Source: Lama guanicoe
Taxonomy: Eukaryota
Length of the DNA stretch: 64,000 bases
Direction: 5' to 3'
NCBI GenBank assembly: GCA_013239625.1
Contig: MU054187.1
Coordinates: 7,660,358 to 7,724,357, forward strand
Shown: positions 37,163 to 50,429 of the stretch, one piece after another
Layout of the letters: every line of letters starts with the position of its first letter
Position numbering within the stretch: the first letter of the stretch is position 1
Notes under the pieces: generated by a model
Told to the model about the DNA's origin: nothing
Seen by the model: the letters and a program-made list of their open reading frames with translations, nothing else
Databases searched by the model: none
Translations under genes and position numbers: made by a program

Positions 37163-39826
37163 GGTAAAGGAGAGATTATAATTAAAATCTTAACTATTAC
37201 CATTTAAATTAGCTAGTGATTAAAAATATCACATTAAGGATATTTGTGGTAATCTAAATTATCAGTGCAGCCTTCCCCAACAGCAATCTAAACTGGTTTC
37301 CTGTGGGTCACACAGAAATACAAATCCGGTAAATAAATGCAAGCAAACAGATGCCAAACAGGTGAGTGAAAGCTGCTTACAAGTTTTGGGGAATTCGTTT
37401 CAACTTTATTCTATTTTATCTTGGAAATAAAAGATGCTCTGAGCTGACATTGTTCCTCCTCCCCTCTTATACATATGTGGCATCCCATATATGTGAAAAA
37501 TTATTTCACACTGATTATCTGCCGATCGGAAAGACACGCCATCACAGTGAATTCAAGCCTTTACCCAGTCTCTCCTTGATCCTAGCCTAAATTTCAGTGT
37601 GGCCTAAATGACACCTGACAGAAACATGCAGAGGTCATGGAGTCCTTGCTTACGAGAGACATTAATCAAACAAATGTCATTTGTCTAATTCAGTAGTTTT
37701 ATATCAGAAGATTTATCTTAAACCTTATGAAAAAGGAAGATTAAATGAAAATAGATAGAACACACTTAGCATAAAAAGGCAAAACTCTAGAGATCAGGGT
37801 TGCCAAATTGTTATTTCAAAAATCTTGCTCTAAGATTGACAGATCATTTTGAGTCTCTGACTCCTCTTACACTGACATTTTTAGAAAAATTGCCTCCTCA
37901 GTTTCCTCTCCTTCCCGCTTTAAGATATCATTACTAATAGGTTAGTAGTTCTAGTTTTTCCCATGAATTGTTAGATACTTCTGAGAACACGGAATCATTT
38001 TGCTAATTCTGAGAATACAAATCGTTTTGCTGCTTTCAAGGGAAAATATCTTCAACTTGTTTTTGTTTGTGTTTTTCACTCCGAGCAGAGTCAGTGTGAA
38101 GGCCTCCTTTCCACAACCCTCATCGTTTAGGGAATGATTTCTTATGTTCCCTCTGTAGTAATTTTTATTTTTGTTTGTTTCTTTTCCCCCTTACATATCT
38201 AGATAAAGAAAATAAATGACATTTTAAGAGTAAAGAAAAATGAATTTCACAGAATCCAAAAACCCATCCAGGTGGCTAGATAAAGTGCCTGAATACCTTC
38301 ATACCATTTGTATTCAGAGCATTAGTGAAATCATCCACTTCTTTAAAGAATCAATTTCACCTGGCATGAATTTTGTTATCCATATTGTGAATAATTTTTT
38401 CTAAAGCCACTATTTCCTTTTGCAAGCCCCTTGTTCATGCTGTCTTCATTGTTCTTTATTCCAAAAGGAGAGATAAACATCTATTTCCCCCATTTTTTTC
38501 TTAGAATATTTATTTTTTTTTTCAGGAATCAGTCTGGGATTTGATAGATTAAGGAACAAAAAAAAATTTCCCAAGTCACTCATTTGTATATAGTAGCAGG
38601 TGGTTGGGTTCAAACAAACATCAAATGTGCAGGGAAATCAAGTCAGGAGAGCTCCCATAGTCAACTAAGTGAATACATTAAGAACAACACTGCAAAGGAC
38701 TCCTTTTCTTAAGCTTGACAGCTTTAAAAGAGTAAAACATAGTTTTCCTTATAAAACACACTTGACACTTCCCACAAAGCCTTCGAGTCCCCACGGTGAG
38801 GTCCTCACAGGTGGTGCACAGAGAATGAGATTATGTAATCAGGCCTTTGGGAAGTGGGGTCGTTTAAAACCCACAAATAATGAACAAATAGAGACTAGGG
38901 TCTGAGCAAAAGGGACACTCTGATTCCTTTCATTTAACTCCTTATTAAACCACAAAGGACTTTAATTCTCTTTGGTATATCCTCTAGCTTCTGGCATTAG
39001 AAAAAAAGTTTGTAGCAATTTTCCAAACGATAAAAGTGTATGCGTGCATGTGTTTGATGCACGTGTGAGTGTGTGTATACATATGTGTTTATGCATTGTG
39101 GCGAGGGCTGCTAACATTATCCACCTGCCCCAGCTAAAATAGTTATCTAAAAGTGCTGGAGATTAAATGCATTGTTTAATAATACAGAAGACATTTCTAC
39201 CTTAGATCTTCCTTGATTTGCTGCTGACAGTTAAATTTGAAAATGTTTACACAGGTAAATAGACTAAAGGTCTTTTTAATACATTTAAGAATGTCCTAAT
39301 TACGCAAAGAACCACGTGAAGAAAGAGTCTTGAATGTGGTCCTGAGCTGAAAATGTTTGACAACTCATTTTAACTCTCCTTCAGATAAAGAAACAATTGA
39401 AGGATTCAGTCACTTGTGCTTACAGAAGAGCAGATGGCGCATCCTGTGGGCAGACAGAGCGTCCCTCAACATACCAGCCGAATTCTAGAGCTAGTGCAGC
39501 CTCTAAGTGTAGGAGTCCCTGTAGCCTTCACTTTCCAAGTGACAGGGCCGGAAGAAGAGATGATTGTGCGGAATGTGGTTTGGGATCTTCCTAAGGGAAA
39601 GGCTGTAAAAGACATGGCTGCTCTTAGGATACAGGAGACGTGCAGCTGCTACAGCGAATGCCCTGCCCGCCTGAACGCAGACAACCAGGAACGCCGCGCT
39701 GTCACATTTCAGCGGGGCAGCTCGGCCGGCAGGGCCGGGCCACCAGGGAGCAGGCAGTGGCAGGAGGAGCCCACAGTCTCTCTGGGTCTTTTACCCCAGG
39801 CATGGAGGTTAGCTCGGCCATAAACT

Positions 39827-39857
39827 TGGAGCTGGAGTTGGAGCTGGAGCTGGAGCT
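39827..39857. repeat. (TGGAGC)n hexamer repeat, about 5 copies
   Basis: Directly visible. Confidence 0.9.
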
Positions 39858-40289
39858 GTCATCATCCAGGTATCATCTTGACTTTGTATTACTCACTCCG
39901 AAATCACATTAAGACGGTCAAAAGGAAAAACCTGGATCCTGGTTTTGACTTTGGAAGCAGCATGCCACAGGCTGGTGGGATTACAGACACACAAGTGGCC
40001 CAGACCCCTGCTCAGACCGACCCTTAAGAGCCAGCACATTCCAGGCAGGAGGAAAGACCAGCACAGGGCGACGCGTGGCTGCGGGCTGCACTGGCAATCA
40101 CCGGCTGAGCCCCTGAGACAGTTCACTGAAAGGGAAGGAAGGCGCAAGTCCTCAGCATCAGGGGCCCGTTCGGCTTTTCTTCCCTTCTAGGCAGCAGGGA
40201 AGTCGGCCACTATCAATTGTAAGTCTTCCTTCAGGCACACAGAGCTGCCCGCCAGGTTCAGGAAGCGATTCGCCTTTAGGAGGCTTCGT

Positions 40290-40610
40290 CAAGGTTCTTA
40301 CTCCAGTTATCCGTCCCGCGAGGAGAGGCGGGCTTCCTACCCGTGCCGGACCCCGGCTCCTGCCTTCACGGCGCTCACAGGCGAGGCAGCGAGAGCCGAG
40401 GGCAGGGAAGCAGGCCCGTCTGAAGCCACGCGGAGACGCAGGAACGAAAGGCGCGCCCGAAGGGCACGCCGAGGAGGGCACGTCGGCAGCGCCCCCAGCG
40501 CCGTGCGAGCGCCCCGCTGCGCCTCGCGGAGTCTCGGCCGTCCTGGCGGCATCTTTGCGCGCTGCCCGGGGCTGGCAGCAGCCCGCGCCTCCGCTGCCTT
40601 GCAGGACTAG
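40290..40610. promoter_or_regulatory. Small CpG-rich island (orphan CpG island candidate)
   Basis: Sharply higher GC and CpG density than the AT-rich background; no repeat recognised. Confidence 0.65.
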
Positions 40611-41075
40611 CTAGAGCTTTTTAAATCTGTGTCTGCAGGAAGATCGCAGTCCTTGACACCTGATTTCCACCTAGGTTTTCAGGGGTTGGGAGAAAAATCC
40701 GCCTTGTGCACCGGTTGAGAAATGAGATGCCCCGCCCCCTTCCAGGCATCGGCACAACGACGCATTGCATGTTTCCTTTACGAAAAATAAAAGGAAGACA
40801 TCTCAATGATGCCGTAGACGATGCAATGTTCCACCGTTTGAATGAGATTTGATACCTTCTCCAGGCCTGACTCCAGAAGAGTGTGACTCCCTGAAAGCAC
40901 AGATTCACACCACCCACGACAGGAACGCAGAATCCTGAAATTCCAATGTTGTTTTTCAATCTAGTGAAATTTTATTAAGGTTTGTCGGAGTATTTCATTT
41001 TACTTATGTTTGGAATTGAATTCTGGAGAAAGTTCTCACCCTGGAGTTTGCTGGTAGAGTTTTATCAGCTAACAC

Positions 41076-41118
41076 TGTGTGTGTGTGTGTGTGTGCACGT
41101 GCGCACGCGCGTGTGTGT
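41076..41118. repeat. Alternating purine-pyrimidine tract, (TG)n with CG/CA steps
   Basis: 43 bp of unbroken R/Y alternation. Confidence 0.9.
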
Positions 41119-43819
41119 CTGTGCGAGCATGTGTGTTTTAATATCTATGGTAGCAATAATGAAAAAGAGGAATGGGATGTTAATACACACCAGCTCCCAA
41201 GAGAGCAAGGAAGCACTTGCAAATATACGCAATGACATCAAAGCAACATCTCTTTTTGAACTAAATAATGCAAATGAGATTTACCTCTATCCACCTCCCT
41301 TTTCATTGAAATATATTTTCAAAAGAAATGAAATATGGCTTGCCCTTGTTTTCTTACTAAAAACTAGGTCTCACTAAACCAAATCGAGTTGTTGAGGTTG
41401 TCAACACATGGTACCAATAACGACATGTTTTAAGCATGTTAAACTGGAGTAGAGAAGCTCCTGGCTCGGGTGGGTCGCTCCGGATTCTGAAGGCTTGCGA
41501 TGCCCCCTTCCTCTGCCGTGGACTCTCACACAGTCAGTTCTTGTCGTCCTGTCAGCGTGGGCCCCACACACGTCCTTACTCTCTCTTTGTTGTGTGGTTT
41601 CGCACAGGACGGACTTATTTTCCCTCCTCTTCTCTTGTCTTCCTGGACAGATTCTGCATGAGTTTATTTTCCATTTGGAATCTATCTTATCCCCTCTAAG
41701 GGAGTATTGATCCTCATCACATAGACCACCTGCCTCCTGTGTCCCCTCCTCACTGTCACACAAGCTATTATTGTATGCAGGTCACTTTTGATTATTCCAG
41801 TGTTGACCGCAGTTTCCCAGCTGATGCCACGGAGGTGTCTCGTATATCATCTCCAGTATCCGGGGCCCCCAGGCCTTTTGCTTTGGCCAGATAATTCACT
41901 CAGAAGCTTGAATCAAACAACAAAAAGCAGCCACATTTTCCTATTAATGGAAATGTAACTTTTGGGGTTGAGGTAGGGGGATGGAGAAGAGACGAACAAA
42001 TAAACGTGGCCTTTGCACAGGACCAAGGAGAGAGCAAAATCCTATGTATTTTCAGGCTTTGACATACAGCGATTCTCGTGGACATGGCCACAGCGAGGAC
42101 TTTGATGAATGGCTCTCTGCTCCCTCCTGCTCAAGCCAAACGTGCGCCAGTTCGAGGAACTGGGTTGCTGTCACTCTTCTATCAGGTCAAAAGGCCGGGC
42201 AACCACAACTGTCATTAAAATGGTGGGGTTATTTCAGGAAAGTGTAAAGTATGCTGAATCCTATAAAATATACTTTTAGGCAGATCTAACCTACAGAATG
42301 TTGTCTTGGATTAAAGGAACTTGGTAAAAAATCTTGCTACTCAAAAGAGTCATTTTAGGTAAAATCAATCAAGAGCAAAGACACTTAATGGGTTTCATTA
42401 GTCACTTTGAAGCCTTGGGAGCAGCTAACAAACGTTCCTTCCCAAGTGTAAAGAGGGTGTGCCGTCCTCTCCTTCTTTGTGTCCACTTTCCTTTAAGGAA
42501 GCTTGTAGTCGAGCTGCAATGCCAGGAGGTGCCTGACAGGAGCAAGGAGGGTGAGTCAGAGATGTGTTCCTGTTGATTCCTCCTTGGGCTTCTTGGACCA
42601 AGTTGCCTTTTCTTTTAATGGCAGAGTCAATGCGTCACTGTATCCCAAAATGCGCCTTCCACTTCTGCCCAGCATCTCACCATGGATTACAAAGAGCAGC
42701 AACCTCATCTCTGTGGAGGGAGCCTGCATCTCCTTCAATGCTATGACCTTGAGAGAGGTGGAGGACAGAGATTTGTACTTGCTTTCCTTTCATCTGCCTC
42801 TGGTACTCTGGGCAGAGCACTCACATGGTGTTGAGATGCTAAGCCACAAACCCTTGAAGTTTCTTAGGCGAGGAAGAGCATCACATGAAAGGTGGAAGGG
42901 CTGATGGGAGGAAGGGTAGGAAAACAACAAACATCCTTTCTTTAGATATCCTGGAAAGAGAAGTGCATGTGGGTTTGAAACTGAACATACCTATTTCTTA
43001 GCTAACAGCTACATACATATTCCGGGGAGAATGAGGCAGCTTATGTAGTGGTAGCATTACCATCTTCACCTCAGCCTTTCTGGAAGTGGAGACAGAAGAA
43101 TTATCTACTTTAATTTGTTTTTTCATGGGAAGGCTATTTGGGGACAATGGAGGTAAAATAAAATTCTCCTGAAAAAATTAACAGCCACAGAAGTTTTGAG
43201 TAGGAATAGATCTGAAACTGTGCCTTTAAGAGTCTCACACACATTTGTGTTTAAAATAAAAGCCTTTAAAACCACAGGCTTTATTCCAGTGTATGGAAAG
43301 TGTTGATCCAAACCAGTATCTTCTTGATAATTCTCAGACATGAAAAATCGTTTTAAAGCTCAAGTTAAATGGTTTGTACATAATACACTGTCCCTTGAAT
43401 AACTCTGCTTGAATTAATTTCAACCAAGAGCATTGCCTGTTATAAACAGAACTGATGTTTTCAATACCAAAATTCTCTCAGAAATACAGGTCTTTTGATA
43501 AAGCAAGAAATGACATGTCATTTCCCCTTTTCAAGGCTTACATAAATCTCCCTTTGTTACTCCATGGATTTTCCTTTTGTCTAACATACTTGTGGACACT
43601 TAGGCAGTGTCTGCAGTTTTGGAGCATAATGATTGCAGTCAAGTGTCCAGTAGGTGTTTTCCTTTGTTCTAGTTGCAAACTAAGTCTCTGCCATGGTCCT
43701 CGAATTTAAGTGATTGAGTTAGTAGTTATGGGACCAAAATCCACATCATTGGGAAAGGGTTAGATACAGCACTCCATAAAACTTCAAACTAAAGAGGTAG
43801 TGTCATTGTGTGACGTCTC

Positions 43820-44595
43820 TGAAATGTTTAACAGAGAAGTGATGTAAACAGATTCAATTTTTAGGAAGATAAAGTTAGTTTCAGGGTAGACGCTTCAATG
43901 GTGGGGGCAGGGTCGAGTGTGGAGTCAGGGAGGCTGATCAGAATGGCCTTGAAGGAGTGCCCAAGCAGTGTGAAGGCCATGGAAATGATGGAGGCGAGGG
44001 ATGGCCAGGTTACAAGATTAAGGAGTAGATTAGGAGGACTTGAGGACTGATTGGGTGTGGAAGGTGAAGGACAGAGAGGATTCCAAGGCAAGTTCCAGGT
44101 TCTTGCATATGTAACAGATGGCCATTCACTCAACTGGAAAACCTAACGGGAGATGATCCTCTGAGTCTGAGATATGAGGTCAAAACACTGATGGGACAAC
44201 TAGATTTATGAAGAGGATATGTGTGGAGAGAAAGCCAGCAGTCAATACTTGGGAGTCAGTACATGGAAACTGAAAGGAATCACAGGCAGGGAAGAGGACG
44301 AGGTTTTACACAGAGGGGCCCCACTAAAGTGAGAAGAGAAGAAGGTCTAGGAGAAGATGAGAGGCGCCTCAGCCCTGAGAGGACAGGATCCAAGAGACAA
44401 GATTCCAGAGATGAGAATGTGTGACGAAGGAGGGTGTTTCATAGTAAGTATGGCTGAGAAGATAAGGACTGGAAATAATTGATCTGATTTTGTTGTAATG
44501 GAAAAATGGGTTCAATGGAACAGAGAGGGCAGAAATCGTCTTGCTGTGCGTGGGGTATGAGAAACATAGATAAATTTTTCTGTAATTTCGACAGT
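43820..44595 (-). mobile_element. L2 LINE internal fragment
   Basis: ggacttgaggactgattgggtgtggaaggtgaagga...ccaggttctt...gccattcact...agataaggactggaaa. Confidence 0.75.
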
Positions 44596-44779
44596 CCAGA
44601 AGCGATGTGTTTCTTATGCAGCTTTTTCAGCCTTGCCACATGTCACAACCTCAGTTAGACATAGCGTCCTAACACGTTTAACTTTGAACTCTGCCTTGAC
44701 TTATTGCTACGGCAGGCAGACTCGGCTGCAGAAAAAGAATCTTTATAAGGACACTATCAGAAAAGAATGGCCAAGTCGG

Positions 44780-45350
44780 GTGAAGCCGCTGCTGACGGAC
44801 GACTGTGAGTATTTGCCTTTGTCTCTGTATGTGTTTTGGTTTGCAGCCATTTATAGCTTGGATTCCATGAAGCAGTGGCAAAGGGGAGTGTGTCGGAGCA
44901 GCAGGCTAAAATTAAATTACAGCAACCTCGCACTTTGCATTAAAACCTTCACTCAGAGATGGAGGCTGGTAATCACGTCCAGATTTTCCTTAAAGACAAT
45001 GGCCCTCCATGCAACTGGCCACACTCAGTTAATTCATGCTGTCAGCTGCCTTTATTGGCTGTGGGGAATGCAGTATTGATTCTTGAACTCAGCAGCGGCA
45101 CAAAGAGCCACTAGTGCATGGTCAAAATGCTGCCATAAAGGGCTGGCAGCTTGAGAAAGGCGGCCATTCCGTTGCACAAACAAGGTCAATTAGAGGACAG
45201 TGCAGTGCAATATAAATAGCATTAGCATCTCTCTTCAACTCCGATGATATCACGCTGGCAGAATGACAGTAAGGAAAATAAGGTTGAATGCCGAATAAAT
45301 ATAAAGGCATTTAGTGTAATTTAATTTCAAGCTCTCTATCATTTTAAAAG
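44780..45350. promoter_or_regulatory. Candidate developmental enhancer (HOX/CDX and MEIS motif cluster)
   Basis: No recognisable repeat. CTGTCA 45039, TTTATTGG 45051, CCATAAA 45133, CAAGGTCA 45181, TGACAG 45264, several TAAT cores. Function is inferred only. Confidence 0.4.
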
Positions 45351-46549
45351 TGCTAAGAGTAGCAAAATATTTAGTTTCACCATTTATGTCTACAGAAATA
45401 ATTTTTTGATAAAACTTTGTGTGAACTAACCAATTAGTCAGGTACAGTAAAGCTGGTCATTAATTGTACTGAGAAGTAAACAATTTCTTATCCACAGATT
45501 CAATATACCATGCCTACCTGTCATTTATTATCCTTTTTACTATTAGAATTTCAAAATCTCGGGAGTGTCATGAAGGAGGAACAAAAGATATCTTGGTATT
45601 TTTAGTTTAAAAGAGAAGATTGAGTGTTTTTCCTTTTTTTTTTTTTTTGGTTGGTGGAAATTACTAGGACCTTTTGTTTAAATACTTGCATTCATTACTC
45701 TTATTTATGGGAGAATTTTTCCTACCTTCTTTGTCAGTTCAAAATTAATTACAAATGTAAAACGCATCATGCTGTTAACACATACTCTATGCGGGAAACA
45801 AATTATACTCTCAAAATAGATAATGGACAGCTTGGAGAGGTAATTGATAAACCTACACTGCCTGCAATAACTGAGTAGATTTTTAGAAAAATATATAATT
45901 GTTAGGAATGGAAAGAATGTATCTGAATTCTCCTTAGTAATGACTGTGCCCAAGGTTGACTAGGAGCATCTCATTATAGTGCATAAAAGAGTTTAAAGAA
46001 ACTTTGAATCATGGTGCCTTTGAAATGTCCATTAACCTTTGAGAGTGCAGTCTCTCAGGCTGATGGTGTCAGTAATTTGGTCAAAACCATTTTCTAAAAG
46101 GGGAAAGTTCCACGTCACCTAACGTTACCATTAGGTAATGAACCACAGACTTGGTGTGTTCATTATGAATTGGACACGAGGGTCCCAAGTTGCTTTATAA
46201 AACTCCTTGAGTAAACGCGTTAATGTGTCTCATTTTTACCCCATTCTGCCTCCTCCAGCAGCTAAAAGATAATCTTTATTAACTCTTAACAGAGGGATTG
46301 TAGGACTAAATACACAAATTTCTACAGATGTTAAAGTGAGTGGGTCACCCAATCTTCAAGATGATAGGCTAATAGAAGTCTCGGAGAAAGACATTAAAGA
46401 ATGATTAAATCCCACTTCCTCCTGTTATTTGGAAAATATGTTGGGGCCAGGTAGAGGAAGCCACATGCACAAGAGCATACAGCTAGCCCGTGGCAAAGCT
46501 GGAACTTTCCTAAATCTCCTGATGGCTTATCAGAGGCAGCTGTCTAAAA

Positions 46550-47010
46550 GGCAGCTTTCACCATGACATTGCTCTGAGTAAACTTCTCAGAAGCTCCCTG
46601 TCCACCCTAGTTTGAGTGCTAAGCTCTTTTACATCATACATAAAAGAGGTTCTCCACGTTCAGATACTTGTTCCCTCTGACCCCAGCTGGTTACCACTGT
46701 CTGCCCCGCTTCCCTCTTCAGATGCTCTGCTCCAAACTTTTGCTTGGCTTGGGCCACTCACTGTCTCAGACGGTCCTCACACAGCCCTTCTTATAAGCAG
46801 TCGCCTCTCCAACCCCTCGCTCCCAGGACAACTGGCTCTGATGCCCCTACTCTATTTATTGTAACACTTAATTTCACATGGTACTGAAGTCATCCTCTTG
46901 TTTGTCTCTGGGCTTCCTGAAGGCAAAGTCTACCCTGTTTTGTTTGTCTTTTTTCCCTAGCACCAGTGGTACCTGACATTGCAGGGGGCACTTGTTAAAT
47001 GTTTGCTAAC
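46550..47010 (+). mobile_element. L2 3' region
   Basis: gcttcctgaaggcaaag...ccctagcaccagtggtacctgaca...taaatgtttgct. Confidence 0.7.
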
Positions 47011-47504
47011 CTGGATTTTGAAGGCAATTTTATAATATCCTAAGTACTGTTCCTGCCTTAGAGTCACATCTGAGAGAATTTTCTGAGCCCTTGAACTACT
47101 TTCAACAGACATTCAGTCACTGAAGGAATAATTGTACACAAGTCAACTATGGAAATCATTGCTTTCAAACGGCAAGTAAAGGAACATTTCCTGGATGGAT
47201 AGATGCTGTGTTATTATAGCGTTTGGTACATGTAATTAACGAGCTGCTCTGGTAGACGTTCTTTGACTTGCTATTAAATCTGTGCTCTGAATCTCCATTT
47301 CTATTCAGACGTAGCACCAGCTGGTCCATATCCCATATCCACAATGTCAAAAGCAGTGTAGAGACCAGTGTCCTGAATGATCCAGTGATGAGTCTTTCTG
47401 ACATTGGTTTGTGGTGCGATCATGAATTCGGGGCCCGTTAAGGAAGAATGGGCAAAAAGGAGATGTCAGGGTGATGGGGAATAGGTATTTATAGAAAAGT
47501 GAAA

Positions 47505-47670
47505 CCCATTTATTTAGCATTTCCTATATGTCAGGCACGGTATTATCTCATTTAAATTTAGAAGACCGTTTTCAGATTATTATCACCATCCTCATTTACG
47601 AGGATTCTAACTCCAAGAGTTATGTATTACAGAAAGAGCTATAAATCTGGGAAGCTGGTTTATCTGAGAG
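47505..47670 (-). mobile_element. MIR SINE
   Basis: catttatttagcatttcctatatgtcaggcacggtattatctcatttaa. Confidence 0.7.
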
Positions 47671-48694
47671 CTCAGAGGAACCTGATTAATGGCAACTAAC
47701 TGATATTCTGTCTTGTATTTTGTATTGAGGTGAATTTGTTTATACTATAAACTTTAACACACTTTTCATGACATTTTGGAGGGACTTTATTCATCCAGGT
47801 TTGTTTCTCTAGGTATCCCCTGGGCCAGGAAAGGATTCAAGTCTGTGTGTTTCCATTATCTGTGGTGGAGACCGCCTCCCCCTGCAAACGGCCCCTCGGG
47901 GATTTGCACAGAGACTATTAAAGTGACTTACTGCTCCAAACCATGTCCCTGTCACAGGGTTAGGCCCCAAGAGATGCAGCAATGGTAAATGCTCCCCCCA
48001 AAATCATCTTAATTTATAGACATGAATTTGTCTTGAAACTTTCCCTCCAGGTAAGCAGGGACAGCAGAAAAGGAAACTCAAACAACCCTTATGCCTTCAC
48101 TGAAAAATATCCCGAGCAGTTAGGCCCAGCTTCTGTTCCGGAATGTACTATGTTCGGAGCTCAGTGCCACAGAAAAGCCTCCCCCTCCTTCTAAACCAGT
48201 GGTCTCAGGAGACCTAGGGACTCAGGTGTTGAGATCCCTTCCAGAAGCCTTTGAAGTTCAAATCTCTGAAGGGCCTCTCTAGGCTACTTCGAAATTTCTT
48301 CACTGCTACAGATATTTTATTTCATGGGCAGTTAAAGTGGAGCAAGAGAATTTTCCAAGAGGTGTAGGGTTCTCTGCGACTGCCTCTGCCAGAGTTTCTG
48401 CTGCCTTTGGACTTGGTCCTGTCCGTTACGGTTGGCCTTTGTTTGCACCTTCCTCAGTCTTCATTCTGAACTTCAACGTGTTGATTTTTGATATGAATAC
48501 AGTAGGGGACCAGCCCTTCCTACTTCTGAGAGGAACGTCTGATCCTTGTTGAGTAAAATGTCACGCTCTTTGTGTCTGACCTTCCTGCCCGTTGAGGTTT
48601 TCTCACGCTGGCGTTCTAGAAATTTGAGCTGAGTTGTGGTAAACGGGTTAAACTGGCCCATGTTGCTTTGCAGCCTCCTCAGGAGTTTCCAGGA

Positions 48695-48860
48695 TGTCGT
48701 CTGAAACAGGCCCCTGTACACAAAGGGGAGGGGAGACCAAAGAAAGGGGCAGAACCCTCCAGATGGGTGGGCGGCAGGTTTAATAAGCAGGCGAACTTAC
48801 ACAGGAGGCTTCTCGTGAGCGGCCACAAGAGGAGGAGACACCGGCAGCCCGTGATAGAGC
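48695..48860 (-). mobile_element. Old ERV LTR 3' fragment (family uncertain)
   Basis: tgtcgtctgaaacagg...gagaccaaagaaag...tttaataagc...aacttaca resembles an antisense LTR R/U5 end. Confidence 0.55.
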
Positions 48861-49270
48861 ACAGAGAGCAAGCGAGTGGGGCAGGAAGAAAGGGAAGATC
48901 CGGAGCCGTAGGTCCTTGAGGCCCGGAAGGAAAGCCCCGGCGAAGGGAGGGCAGCGTGGAGCTGACGAGCTGGAGTTGGTGGGTCCTGGAGGCGCAGGTC
49001 AGAGGGACTGCTGGCTGCTTCGGGCCAGGAGCATCAGGTTGTGTGACTCAGTCTCCTTCTCTTCTCAGCGGTCTCATCACTCTTTCCATGAGACTGTGGT
49101 CCAAGATCATCTACACCCGAATTGCATGAAGACTAGTTTTAGCAAAGCAAACTTTGTGGGGAGCCCATGTTTTCCGATTTCCTCTCTTACTTTCACAGGG
49201 AAAATTTAATTTTGTTAAATGTGTGCTATGCACTGAAGTGATCGTTTAAGACAGAGTTCCCCTGATTGTG

Positions 49271-49272
<2 letters not shown>

Positions 49273-49306
<34 letters not shown>
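49273..49306. repeat. (TG)17 microsatellite
   Basis: Perfect run. Confidence 0.97.
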
Positions 49307-49309
<3 letters not shown>

Positions 49310-50164
49310 AAACTGCTTTCAGATTCATTCGATCTTAGTTTTCGATTTTTGCTGCTGTCTCTGTTGTTGCTCATGGTTATTTTAAATGCTGTCACTAGCG
49401 CTGTATTGTATAGTACTTTCTACCTCAAGGCCCTTAAATAAAAGTATCTTTTTTTAACCTATAAGAGTTGTTTTAACTATGCATGCCTTTCTTAATTATG
49501 TCTGTATAGACAGACACACGTTTACATCTTAAAAAACAAAACCTTTACCCCTTTTCTCAGAAGCAATCAAGCCTAACAAATGAATGAGGATTCATGTTAG
49601 TCCTTTCGAAAGAAGTTTTTGGAATTTGCAGTCTGCTTGAAAATAGAAATGAAGTGCCCTGTTTCTATAAGCACTTCCTCTCGGAGTATTTTGCTTAAAT
49701 ATCAGCGGCAGCGTGTCTGTGAAAGTAGAATTATCACCAGCTTCCTTATACAGTAGCTCTCAGAATCTTCTCTGTGTCCACTAAACAGATCTCTCTGTCT
49801 TTCCTGTGTCTATTTAAATGTGACCTCCTTTTATTTCCTTAGCTGGAAATACTGACAAGAAAAAAAAAAGGAAAGGAAAAAAGAGAGGGAGGGAGGTGGA
49901 GAGGAAGGAAGGAAGGAAGAAAAGATTGTTAGTTTCTGCTATCAAATGACCAGGAGAAAATATACTTAAAAATTATATTTTTATATGAAAAATGACCTTG
50001 GTTATAATAAAACTCTACTGCACATTGTTAAGACACTCTCTGCTTCTTTGGATTATTCTATGTAATTATACAATGCTAATAAATTAAAATACAAACAACT
50101 TAATTGTGGTTGAATTGTTTCTCATTGTAGAAATGCTGGCTCAAAGGGAATCTGGAACACAATA

Positions 50165-50280
50165 AACGTATTGTCCAACATGGATTGAGGTCCTACCATG
50201 TGTCAGTCATTGCCAAACAGTAGGAATACAAAGGAGAGAGGGTCTTGTCCTTGAAGAATTCACATATTCTAAGGAAAACA
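50165..50280 (-). mobile_element. L2 3' end
   Basis: attgaggtcctaccatgtgtcag...gtccttgaagaattcaca. Confidence 0.65.
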
Positions 50281-50429
50281 CCTCTAAAAAAAAGTGAAAT
50301 TTCCAGAAAGTTGCATGGAAAACAAAAGGTTGATATATTTTGGCGGATACTTGCACCATGAATAATGTGTAAAGTTTTCCAGGTGAGGAGAAAAATGTAT
50401 TTCACATAGAGACATGGATAGATGCAAGG

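Noticed and set aside
39416..40552. Overlapping ORFs around the GC-rich region, including an LELELE run
   Set aside because: Explained by stop-codon scarcity in GC-rich DNA and a hexamer repeat; no protein similarity recognised.
48195..48365. Possible hAT-Charlie remnant
   Set aside because: Similarity is too weak to support without an alignment.
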